From Takakia lepidozioides (taxonomy: Eukaryota; Plantae; Bryophyta), in NCBI GenBank assembly GCA_030704615.1, contig CM060734.1, positions 35,030,001 to 35,094,000 on the forward strand: a stretch of 64,000 bases of DNA. The letters run 5' to 3'. The notes below the pieces were generated by a model, which was not told the origin of the DNA, searched no databases, and saw nothing but the letters and a program-made list of their open reading frames with translations. Both the position numbers and the translations under genes were made by a program. Below, piece by piece: positions 23,405-35,560 of the stretch. How positions within the stretch are numbered: the stretch's first letter is position 1; the number at the start of each line of letters is the position of its first letter.

Positions 23405-25010
23405 AGCGTGGGGGAAGAAATGCATGCTTAGCCCGGCTTAGCTGGCTCAGGAATCCGATTGCAAAAACTTGTATTGTACAAAACGTGCTATAAATGAAAT
23501 GGCTTCCAAATGTTGTGCGTCCTATTTTGTTTGGAATGGTGATGCATGGTATGGTTGGCTAGTGTGTAGAATGCATGCTAGCTTATAAAAGTGGGAAGGT
23601 AAATTGGGTTAATCGTGTGTTTGCGTAGTGCCGAAATCGGGTGACCCCCATCCAAGGGGCAAGGAAACTTGCGCCTTCTTTGGGAGTTCACGTGCTAGTG
23701 CGCACTTGGCGCGTGCGCGTACTATAACTGCGCTACCGAGGGGGTTGCCTTGTGCGGGCTAACGCGGAAGCTACGTGCTTCTGTTCACGTACTATAATCG
23801 TGTAGCCTCGGGACGAAGTCGTAGTGCGGCTTCGGCGTGTTCCCGTACCTCAGGCCAACATTCCAAGGCGGACCCAATTGTAATGATTGGGGCGCACGGT
23901 TGGTTCAAGGTTATCTTCCTAGTCAAAGAGGGTTCCAGGTGAACCCTTGCTCAAGGTGATGCCAAAAGCGGCATCATGAGCGGTCGCAAGCAATGTTGTT
24001 GCAGTAAGGCGATTCGATCCTCGGGGATGATCGTTCCTTGGCCTTGAAGTAGGCCAAGAAGAGTGCACTGGGAGGAGCTAGAGAGGCTCCACCCTTGGCC
24101 GGGACTTGGAGGAAGTCGGCCAAACTAGCTAGTGGAGAGTAGAGTCAAGTGTGGGGTTTGGTTCTTTGCCATGGGACGCCATGGTACGGAAACAAACTCC
24201 TTGATGTGGGACGCCACAACTTGGATGTTCGTGTCTACAAAATGGACAAGTCGATGAGGACATCGACTCCCTGTTGGTAGGGGTGTGTGTCGCGCCCCCT
24301 TGCCTCGAGAGAAGGGGGGTCGGGATACATGAGGGGCTGCCCCTGTGGTGCGGGCAGCGGCAGCGATAGGTATGGGGGGCTGAAGCACCCTTGAGTGCCC
24401 AAGGCACTCAAGGAGGCGGAGGCGCTCACTAGGTGGAGCCCCGCACACCGGGTTGCGGTGGGGATGGCTCCACAAGGGGTGGTGGTAGCTTAGCGGGACT
24501 TAGTGGGGGTGGCATAGGACTCACCATGGGGGCGGAGACCTCGTGGTGGGAGTCGTGGGGAATCTTGGGACTCGTCACGGTCCATAGGGGCCGTGGTGAG
24601 TGGGGCAAGACTCACCGCGACTCATCACCGGGAGTCGAGGGTTTTCGTGGTGGTTCGCCATAAAATGGCATGGCTGGTTGTGAAACCCCCGCGGACAGCT
24701 ACAGAAGTATATATAGGGAGTAGTAACCCCGAGAACGGTGCAAGCCCGTTGGTGACCAAAAACTAGTGAGTAAGCGAGCGAGCCGGAAATCGACCAAAGA
24801 GTGGGGAGCTGTTCCGGACTGCCGTCTACCAAAGGGAATTCCACTAGGCCCAAATAGGTGGAGGGTTTAGTGGAGGAGCGAAGGGGGACCGTTATGTCCC
24901 GGTGAGCAGCCGAAGCTCCAAGTTGGCCCGGCGGCCAGGTTGGGAGTCAGGCGCGCGCATCAAAGCGAGTAACTATGACTTGAAGGGGAGTTTACCGAAG
25001 TGAGGTGCGC
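23405..25010 (+). repeat. PPT and probable 3' LTR (truncated) of chromovirus B
   Basis: Purine tract GAGCGTGGGGAAGAAA right after the pol stop, followed by TG at 23420 and TATA-like motifs. No partner LTR in the window; right boundary inferred from the junction with the LTR of element C. Confidence 0.45.
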
Positions 25011-25020
25011 GACAATGGGG

Positions 25021-28000
25021 CAGGGTACAAGATATTGGAACACGACTTGAATACTGGAATGCTGGAAACTGGACTAGAGTACCAGATACCGGAAACTGGG
25101 CTAGGGTATTGGGAACCGGACTGGAGTACTGGGACTGGAAACAAAAGTAGCTTGAACTGGTGCTTGCGAGACTGAAGAGTGTCCAGTCTCGCCTCTTATA
25201 TATACTGGCTACTAAGAAGCTTCCCTAAGAAGCTTCCTCTATGGAGGTTTCTTGCTGAAGAAGTTTCCAAGATTAAATAAAGGTTTCTTGATGGAGAAGC
25301 TTCCTTAAACAAATGAGGTATTTTGATGGAGGAGTTTCCTCCAAAGGAAGCTTCATCAGCAGTTTCCCAAGTTATTCGTGGTAATTTGGTAAACTCTCGG
25401 TAACTTGGTAAGTAATGGTAAATCATGGTAGATCATGGTAAATTATGGTAAGTCATGGTAACTTCCAATAACATGGTAACTCGGTAACTTTTGATATTTA
25501 CTCCTGGTAAATTCCTCTGGGATATGTCCGTGACATCACCCCCTCCTCTAGCGCCGAGTTCCTCGAGAGATGGTAAAATCTTGGACTTGCTTAGAGTTGG
25601 AGAAAATCCAAAATCCGGCGAATGGTACTTGCCATGTATTCGGCTCTTCATTCTTGACTCAAATGATTTATAGGTCCCTGCAACCATCGATAGTGTCCAA
25701 CACCTTGAATTTGGGACCACGCAGTGATTTGAGCATTCTGATTCTCGAAGCTGCCTTCAAACATGATTTCATTGCTCTCTGCATCCGAAACCTCAACCTC
25801 TAGCAGATTGAACATACTGGCCAAGTCTCAAAGCGAACCAAAATCATCTCGATGGCCAACCAATGTTAAAAATTCCTTATCCATTGACTCCCACCCTTGA
25901 TGCCAGCCATTGAGAATGAAATGACAATAAGCCATTGAGAATAAGAATGGCCTTTTTTATCCTGATGAAGGACCCTGCAAACCGGATTCATAGGAAGACT
26001 TCGAGTAGGCTTCACTTGCCGTCTACGGGGTCCAGACGAGGAAGTACGCGTCGCATTGGTGGCCTATCGTCTCGAGAGCGTCGGCGTGATGTTGAAGGTT
26101 GTGAGAGTCGGAACGGCTGATCTGGTAGCTGGGTAAGCGACAACTCCAATGTATCTGGTTCCTGTGACTCCGTACTATCAATACAAGATGCAAGAGTGCT
26201 AGAAATGTAGCTATATATACTGATGTGTAGTGCTCCTCCCTCCTTAGCGTGTATCAGGTACATTGAATGTTGAGTCTTCACCTTGAAGCTAACTTAGCTG
26301 ACATCATCATTGAATGTCTTATTGACGTGTAGCTCGGGGCTTAGCTAGATATCGTTGATGAAACTCTTGGACTTTGTCAGATGCATTGGCGAGGTTAGAT
26401 GAAGGTTCCCACATTCGTTCGCTGATGTCGTAGCTTTTTCAATGTACGAAATACTCAAGACGCTTATACTTGATGCGAGAGTCTAAGACTTCGTCGACTT
26501 CATACTCAATTTCCTGATTGACTTTGATTGGTGGAGGTAGTATGGAGACTTTCCCTGGATATTCGATGGTTGATACAACTTCAATAATGAAACATGAAAA
26601 ACTGGATGGATGCGCATACTTCGTGGGAGTTTAGGCCGAAAACTAACCGGATTTATTTGTCGAATAATTTTGAATGGTCCCAGGCGTTGATAATCCAATT
26701 TCCTTGATGGTCGCAAGGTTTGCATGTCCCGTCGAAGAAGCCACACATGATCTCCGACCTTGAACTGGGGTTGGAGTTGGCGACGTTGATCTGCATACTC
26801 CTTGTATTGTTTTTGAGCTTCTGCGAAGTGGAATGTAAGCTCCTTGTAGCAAGATGAGTAGCAAGGTTTTCTGCAGCAGGGTTTCCAACAGTCTTCATGT
26901 GGAAAGGGTTTGCTCGAGGATGATGACCATAATTGGAGAAAAATGGACTTTGCTTGGTCGAAGAATGTATAGTGTTGTTGTAGGCAAACTCAGCCAATGA
27001 CAGAAGGTCTGTCCAATTATCTTGGTGATAATTTATCGTACAACGAAGATACTGCTCCAAAATCTGGTTTACACGTTCGGTTTGACCATCAGTCTGTGGA
27101 TGATTAGCTGTAGAGATGTTGATCTTAGTATCCAATATGTGAAATAATCCCCTCCAGAAATTTGATATGAACTGTGGTCCTCGATCAGATACGATGTCCT
27201 TCGATAGTCGATGAATGCGGTAGATATTATTGAGGAAGAGTCTTGCAGTTTCCTCGCCGGTAACCGTCTTATTACATGGAATGAAATGTGTCATATTCGT
27301 AAAACGATCTACAATAACAATGATTGAATCGGTGGTCTTAGAAATTGGAAGGTCCGTAATAAAGTCCATAGACACGGACGACCATGGACCCTTGGGAATG
27401 GGTAATGGTTGAAGAAGGCCGTAAGGTCGATGTCATGGTCCCTTCGCTCTAGCACACGTGTCACAAGACTTTCACGAGTTTCCACATCTATGGCCACCAA
27501 TAGTCCTTTGATATCAATTCCATTTGTTTTGTTGAAACCAAAATGTCCTACAGCCGGAAGATCATGACATGTTTAAAGAATTCGAAGTCGTATGGGTCCT
27601 GGAGGTACATAGAGAAGTCCCTTGAAATAAAGTAAGTCATCTTTGAATTCGAAGTCGTTTGTAACATGTGGGTTGTCTCGAGGTCGATTTAGTTGACTTC
27701 GTAGTATCGTGGCAAATTGGTCGCTCTTCAGTGCTCCCTGAATCTCCTTTATGATCTCTACATCGTCATAGGTGGACATGGATAACATATTCACTTGGAG
27801 ATTTTGGTTTCAAGATGATGGATTTCTGTTGGTCAAAAGCTGCATCCCCTTCTTTTGGCGCAAGATACGATCGTCGAGAAAGAGCATCTGGTTTTCCTTG
27901 AAGATGTCCGGGACAGTAGGTAATAACAAAATCAAACCTTGCTAGTGACATACTCCATCTCGCTTGATGTCAATTCAAAACACAAGCACTCATAAAATAC

Positions 28001-31000
28001 TCGAGGTTTTTGTGATCGGTATAGACTGTGACCTGATGTTTAGCTCCCTCCAATAGATGACGTCACTCCTCAAAAACATCAATAATCGCTAGAAGTTCTT
28101 TGTCATGGATTTCATAATTGATCTCCGCAGCGGAAAATTGGCGAGAACGAAAACCAACAGGGTGAAGTCAGCCATCTGTACCGTATTGAAAGAGAACCGC
28201 ACCAAGTGTAAAGTCCGATGCATCTGCTTTAAAAAAGAAGAATGATTTAGATGGGTCTGCATGTACCAGTATTGGAGCCATTGTGAATGTCTGCTTCAGC
28301 CTTTCAAATGCTTGGTCAGCCTTCTCGTCCCATACAAATTTGTCCTTCCCTGTAAGTCGTATCAATGGTGCAGCAATTTTAGAGTAGTCCTTGATGAAGA
28401 TTCTATACAAATTTGCAAATCCTAGAAAACATTGTACATCTCGGACCGAAATTGGTTTAATCCACTCGATGATGGTTTGTATTTTTTTCTGATCCATAAA
28501 GACTCATTTGTCGAAAATAATGTAGCCCAAAAATTCGACTTCAGATTGGTGGAAAATACATTTTTCCAACTTGACATATAGTCATGTTTCCCTCAATTTA
28601 TCAAGGACAAGGCGTACATGGCGACCATGTTCTTCTTCATTCTGTGAAAATATCAAAAGTCGTCCAAATGATAGAGACTACAAAGTCATTTAAAAATTCT
28701 CGAAAGATGTCATTCATCATGTGTTGAAAATTGCTGGAGCATTTGTAAGACCGAAAGGCATAACATTGTATTCGAAATGTCCGTACCTTGTGCGAAAAAC
28801 GGTCTTCCATTCGTCTCCTTCTTTTATTCGTACAAGGTTGTAAGCTCCTCTCAAGTCGATCTTTGTGAAAAAATTTGCTCGTCCAAGTTGTTCGAGGAGT
28901 CCGGAAATCAGCGATAGTGGGTAACGATTTTTTATAGTGACTTTGTTGAGCCCACGATAATCCACACACATGCGTAACGATCCGTCCTTCTTCTTCACAA
29001 ATAAGATAGGTGCTCCCGCGAGTGATTTTGAATGTCGAATGAAATTCTTTGACAAAATTTTCATCAATTATTCACGTAAAGCAGCCAGCTCCGTCTGAGA
29101 TAAATTGTAGATCGGCGAATAGTGGTTGAGCTCCTTCTTGCAACTAAATTGCACAATCGTAAGGTCGATGTTCTGGCAACATGTCTGCATTTTTTTTCTC
29201 GAAGACATCCTTGAAATCTTAATATTGAGTGGGTAATGTCGAAGTACCTTGGTCTGTTGTGGTTTTGATCGAAGTCGCATAAAGTGCAAATGTCGCGTCT
29301 TTCTTCGTAGCTCTCATGAAGGCCCTAGCTCCAAGAAACAGGGGTTGAATACCTTTGGGTACTTTTGCATTTTTGTCTTGCCGAATTTTTTGTTATCGCC
29401 AGTCGATGTCAGGATTATGAAGTATAAACCACAGGGAAGTCCAAGGATCACATGATTCGTTGGAGACTAGATGACATGAAAACAATATGTGATGCTTGAT
29501 TTTTAAGCTTCACTTCACAAGGGGTCGAGTTTCATGGTCAATATTTCATGATGCTAACGGTCGTCCATCAATGACTTCAACAGGGGCCGAGAATTTCTTT
29601 TTTACGAGCGTTAAATTGTGTTGCTTCGCAAAGTCTTTGTCAAAAAAACACGCTGAAGTGCCCGAGTCCAAAAGTGCTTCTACGGAAATATCTCGATTTT
29701 GCTTCCTGATTTTTACTGGAACTGTGAAACAAGGTACAAGGTCTGGAGGTAGAAAGAGATTTTTTTTTTGGTGAGGAATTTGGGGTGTCCAGCCGCATGG
29801 TCCCTATTGTGACTGGACATCTTCATTTTCCGACCTCCTCGTATCGAACACTTGAGTTTTGCCCCGAGCTTCGAATCTTCTCTGTTGGGGTAGTTTAATG
29901 CTATGTGATCATCTTCTCCGCAATAAAGACATAATCCATTGAGCGCCGTCTTTTTGTTTTCCTTGTGGCGTCAATGGCTTGAATCGGACAACATCAATCT
30001 GCATAGGATCATTACCGGATGTCTGATGGATCGTTGTGTTTGGTGCCATAGTAGCAGCGGCATGGTGCATCGTTGACCATCCAGATCGCTTCTCTTGACG
30101 TCTTTTGAACAAACGATTATCGCATGTAATGACTTGGGTGATGAATTCGCTCAGTGTACTCACGTTTGGCATTGTCAGGCACAAATCTTTTACATCCTCT
30201 TTTATGCCACATCGAAACTGACTAATGAGACTCTTCTCATTCCAGTCGAGGTCCGCACGCAAGTTGTCGAAATCGCAGCATAAACGGAAGCTGGCCGTTC
30301 CTTGTCGAAGATTTCGCATCTTTGTCTCTGCAACTCTCTCTCTATCATTCTCTCCAAACGTTGCAGTTAACTCGGACATGAACGCTTCAAAATTATATAG
30401 TATATGCGAATTTTTCTTTAATAGCGGTGCCAACCAAGATAGGGCAGTGCCGGATAGAAGGGCGCCCACAAATCCCACTTGAATATCTTCAACAGGGTAG
30501 CGTTGTGGATGTAGTCGTAGGAACAATCGTACTTGTTGAACAAAACCGCGAAATCTGATTTCGTCCCATCAAATTTTTCGGGCATGCTGACCTTTATTAT
30601 TTGTTTTTTGTAATCGTTGAAGATTTGGAGGAACCGTTGCAGTAGGATTATTTGTAGTAGGGACTCGTAAGGTTGAAGATCCATTGTTCGACTCATTCAA
30701 CTTTGAAATTTGTTGTTGCAAATTGTTGAGAGCGTTGCCAAGATCTTAGACTGATCAGCTTGTAGTTGGGCAGTAGATACACGAAGTTTTTTCATCTGGA
30801 GCTTAAGACTATGCAATGTGGCGACCATTTCCGCAAATGTGCCTTCCATCTTAACTAACTAAGGAACAAACTTTAGTCTCGCCAAACTGTCAATGACGAG
30901 AACATGACTGAACACAAACAAAAGATCAGACTAGAGATACAAGACTAGGCTACAAGTTAAGGTCGGCGTGGCCGTATGCACAATGAGTAAATATGAATCA

Positions 31001-31539
31001 AGGCGATCTTTATAACAATGAACAAGGGTACAAGATATTGGAACACGACTTGAATACTGAACTGCTGGAAACTAGACTGGAGTACCATATACTGGAAACT
31101 GGGCTAGGGTACTGGACCGTGGACTGAAGTATAGGGACTGGAAACAAAAGTAGCTTGAAACTGGTGTAGGCGAGACTGAAGAGTGTCCAGTCTCGCCTCT
31201 TATATATACTGGCTACTAAGAAGCTTCCCTAAGAAGCTTCCTCTATGGAGGTTTCTTGCTGGAAAAGTTTCCAAGATTAAACAAAGGTTTCTTGATGGAG
31301 AAGCTTCCTTAAACAAATGATGTATCTTGATGGAGAAGTTTCCTCCAAATGAAGTTTCCTCAGCAGTTTCCCAAGTTACTCTTAGCAATTTGATAAACTC
31401 CCGATAACTTGGTAAGTAATGATAAATCATGGTAGATCATGGTACATTACGGTAAGTCATGGTAACTTCCGGTAACATGGTAACCCGATAACTTTTGGTA
31501 TTTACTCCTCGTAAGTTCTTCTGGACTATGTCCGTGACA
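25021..31539 (-). mobile_element. Ty3/Gypsy chromovirus C (Tcn1-like), degenerate gag-pol with two LTRs
   Basis: 5' LTR 31539-30888 (TGTCA...TGACA). PBS 30887-30871. gag ATG 30849 (PEKFDG, DPMQID, zinc-knuckle remnant). Protease LLDSGTS, RT ([19 protein letters not shown]), RNase H (DASDF), integrase (SMDFITDLP, VSDRGPQF, DGQTERVNQ), chromodomain remnant ~26350-26520. PPT AGAGGAGGGGGTGA 25549-25536. 3' LTR 25535-~25021, outer ~130 bp missing. Many frameshifts. Confidence 0.92.
30888..31539 (-). repeat. 5' LTR of element C (652 bp)
   Basis: Direct repeat of 25021-25535 (roughly 10% diverged by eye). TG..CA ends, TATA at ~31207-31200, 11-bp stem AGGCGAGACTG/CAGTCTCGCCT at 31168-31198. Confidence 0.9.
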
Positions 31540-34500
31540 GGAATTGCTTTGCCTTCAGTTTGAAGGATTTGAGAGCACTGAAGGGTCAGGAGATTCGTAT
31601 TGAGTTGGCCACGGACACGCCAATCTTTCGGAGACCTTATAGATACAGTGACATGGAGAGGTCTTTGATTCAGATGAGGACTCAACACTACAACAGATCG
31701 CGGTATTTATGACTGTATATATGACTATTCTGCAATCATAAACGGTACATATGACCTCTATGACTGTAAGTCTCAAACCAAGTCAATACAATGAGTACAG
31801 GATGGTACGGTCCGGATGACTACAGTCATATAAACCAAGTGATATCTCTTACTGCAGTCATATATATCATACTGCCCCCCACGTGGCGAGGCGCAATTGA
31901 TTTAAAAAATTTAATTAAATTAAATTAAAACTAAAAAAATAAAAACATATGTCAAACGCCGCGTCGCACCGCATTGTGCCACGTGGTATAATGCATTTTA
32001 TAATAACAAAAAAACCACGTGGCAGTCCATCTAGGTACCACTTGCTATCCCTAGCTCGCCACTATCCCCCTACCCGCTCCCCCCCCACCCCATCCCCACC
32101 CCCCCCGCCACTTACTCAACCTTTTGTTTTACAAAAAAAAAAGCCTTGTTTTTTTTTTTGATGTGTATTTTTTGTTAGAGGTTTTTTGTTTTTTTGTTTG
32201 TTTTTTTTTTCTTTGTGGTTTTTGTTTTGGTTTTTGAACATTTTCTTGACACCTGCACCTTTACTATAAGAATTATAATTCACTACTTGTTAACCAACTA
32301 CACCCATTAGTCATTCATAATCATATGTTTTTTAAATTGTATTATACACACCAAATTACAAAATCCAAGTCCATCATTGACTATGTAACCTATCCATGTA
32401 CACTTTAGTCATTGACTAACATGAATGGTTGAGCTAAATTTGGTCAATTGCCGTTTGACCAGCCTTCCGCCCATTCCGGAGCCATGTAGTCATACAGATG
32501 ACTATTTTAGATAGTCGTTCATATGAATACATTCGTATGAGCGATGCGGGAGGTCAATTTCATATAAAAACATGGTGAGTCATGGTCAAAGTCATAAAAC
32601 CATGACTACCACGGTTTGGCATTCATAACTACCGCGATCTGTTGTAGTGCAAGATCTCGGAGAGGCTGGTTTGGTGGAGCTTTCTGATGGAGAGTATGCT
32701 TCAGCCACGGTGATGTCAGTCCAGAAAAAGATGTCTATGACAATTGGACGGAGAGACGTATGTGCGGTGACTACCTGGCCTTGTAAATGTCAGACCAAGT
32801 CTGATAAGTATGTCATGCCCATACATGAGGAGATCCTTTGATGCATTGGGCATACAAGGATACCAAGGTCTTTAGCACTTTGGACTTGCGGTCCGGATAT
32901 CACCAGTTGGCCGAATCGAGGAGAGGCGACAAGCAGAAGATGACTTTTGGGGAATCAATGAGCACGGGGAATATTGTTATATCATTGGCGGTTCTTACCA
33001 TTCGGGCTTAAGAACGCTCCTGCAAAGTTCCAGAGAGTCATGGACAGGATTCTAGCAGGGGTAGACTTTGCTCGGTGTTACATAGATGACATCATCATCT
33101 TTAGCTGCTACGGTGGAGGAGCACGAGAGACAACCTTCAAGTGATGTTTGGAAGCGCTTGAGAGCGCATGGATTGAATCTAACAACATCCGGGGAAGTGC
33201 AAGTTCTTCCACAACCAGATTGAGTATCTGGGCCATATGATATATCCTGGAGGATTGGGGGTGCAACAGACTAAGATAGAGGCCATCGCACAGATTCCAC
33301 GTCCCGCGGATGGGAGCCGAGTTCGAGCTTTGATGGGGTGACAAACTACTATAGACGGTTTTGTCAAGGGATTTAGTGCTATTGCAAAGGCTCTAACCAA
33401 GCTGACCAAGGTAGACCAGGAGTGGTAGTGGGAAGATGAGCAAGAGCGAGTTTTTCAGGAGCTCAAGGCTAGGTTGATCTCCGGCGCCGATCTTGAGACG
33501 ACCTAATCATGGGGGCTTCCTTTCAGGTGCCATACAGATTGGAGCATGCTGGGGCTTGGAGCGGTGCTCACGTAGGTGGATGATGAAGGAAGAGAGTTCG
33601 TAGTGGCTTATGCTAGGCGCTCGAACAACGCTGCACAGTCTAAGTATAGCTCATATGAGGGGGAGTGCTTAGCTACAGTGTGGGCCGTGACACACTTTAG
33701 GTGTTATCTATATAACAATCTCTTCACTCTTGTCACGGATCACCAGCCACTCAAGTGGTTGATGGAGTCAAACAAGCTTATGGGGAAGCTTGCACGGTAG
33801 GCACTTATACTCCAAGAGTATGACTTTCAAGTTGTGCATCGACCGGGTTTGGTCAATAGGGATGAGGATGGATTGAGTTGCAATCCATGCACGAACAAGC
33901 AGGATGACACTGGAGCTCGGTGGCATGGTGAGACGGACGAGGAGATGGTGTCGGGATGACATGCATCTGCCTTTTTGTGTATCTTGGCATCGGGAGGTCA
34001 GGTTGGACCTACAACAGGGATGACTGTAGACGGAGTGTCTGAGGACCCTGAGGCTAGTGATGAGCCAGGTAGTGCCAGAGATATACATGAGGATTCGGTT
34101 GTGTTGGATTACCTCCGCGCTGGAGATACGGCAGCTAGTGTGACTACCAAGGAGAGAGATCGGATCCTGCAACGAGCTAAGAGGTTCAAGTGGGAGGGGA
34201 TACACCTGCTTCGAGTGTGGGAGGATGGTCGGCTGAGGATCGTGCCTCACCCAACACAGCGTGCACGTTTAGTGCGACATGCCCATGAGGAATTGAGGCA
34301 TTTTGGAGTGCGACGCACTCATAGTTTACTGCAGGGGCAGTATTGGTGGCGTGGTATGCACACAGAGGTGCAATAGTTCGTGGCTAGGTGCATGGTGTGT
34401 GACAGGGTGCGTGCTTCATTCAACGCCCCTACACCACAGTTGCATCCATTACCCATCATGGGATTGGGCTACAGGTGAAGTCTTGACTTCGCAGGACTGT

Positions 34501-34796
34501 TGCCACTGACGATGCGCCACCACAAATATGTGTTAGTGATGGTGGAGCACTTCTCCAAGTGGATTGAGTTGGTTCCATTACCTGACAAGGCTAGTGAGGG
34601 GGTTGCGTATGCATTCATGGATCGTGTGCTTAGCCGATTCGGTGCTCTAGCTGAGGTACTCACGGACCAAGGGAGAGAGTTCTTGGGGGAGTTTCAGGCT
34701 TTGTGTGATAAAGCCTTGATAGACCACCGTACCACTTCTTGGGATCATCCTGAGGCCGATGGCTTGGCAGAGAGAGTGGTTCAGACAGTGAAGAGG
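31540..34796 (+). pseudogene. Ty3/Gypsy element A, degenerate RT-RNase H-integrase (interrupted by CACTA, truncated in integrase)
   Basis: FAFSLKDL..PIFRRPYRYS..RTQ|DLGEAGLVELSDGEYASATVM, FSTLDLRSGYHQ, YIDDI, YSSYEGECLA, LVTDHQPLKWL, AHEEL.HFG, LTDQGREF, HPEADGLAER. Multiple stops and frameshifts. Confidence 0.88.
31686..32649. mobile_element. Non-autonomous CACTA (EnSpm) element, 964 bp
   Basis: Perfect 20-bp TIR CACTACAACAGATCGCGGTA, 3-bp TSD CAA (31683-31685, 32650-32652), subterminal ATGAC repeats. Excision restores the RT frame of element A. Confidence 0.95.
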
Positions 34797-35419
34797 AAAG
34801 GGGAAAAAAGCCAGAAAGCCCGCGTTCAGTGGTGGATGTCACCATAAAGCACCACGGGAACCACCCCTTGGCGCCTGGAACCGGATCCCGTGGCACCCGC
34901 CATCCAACAACTGGCGCCTGTTGGCGTGGTAGCCGTGGGGGATCTCGCCACATGAACAGCCATGGGCCGTCCGTTCGCCAAGCGTTTTAGGGCTGGTGGT
35001 GTGGCCATGTGACCTCCCTCAAAAACTATTGTTGAGGTAATTTTCTTCTTAAAAAAATATAATGGTTGATATGTGATAAAAATATATATATAAGATATGT
35101 TATAATTTTTTGCTATATAGGAATAACAAATATCTAGGGTCGACTGTATGGAGCCAGATTAGGTAATGACATTGGCCTTTTTATGGTAGCCACTTTGTTG
35201 CAATATACGGGCCTTTGAGCCAAATTTATCTGCCTTGCTTTGAACATGTGTCGCCCTTGCAATGTCTTCTTGTCATATATGGTCACCATATTATAACAAT
35301 ATGGTCCATAGTTGTAGCCGCGTACAATCCACGTGGAAAACAGCTGGTTCGTCACCTACACACTCTACCCCACCAGTTTGTAGCCACATGGCCACTGTAC
35401 ATGAAATGAAAAAAAATGG

Positions 35420-35560
35420 GCTGATGCCTGGCGAAGGAAACGTAAGTTATGATGTCTCTTGACTTGAAGGAGTGCCTTCGAGTAGAAAGTGGACAACATA
35501 TTTGTGACACCAACCAATGGATTGAACCCACAACCACTTCTGAGGTGGTATTTGCCCATT
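35420..35560. repeat. Dispersed copy of the foldback/MITE family seen at 48645-49690
   Basis: GTGACACCAACCAATGGATTGAACCCACAACCACTTC..GTGGTAT.TGCCC matches 48735-48792 and the reverse complement of 48814-48849 + 49580-49690. Confidence 0.6.

Noticed and set aside
34797-35030. MITE interrupting the integrase of element A
   Set aside because: Abrupt junction and GC-rich sequence, but no TIR pair or TSD could be found.
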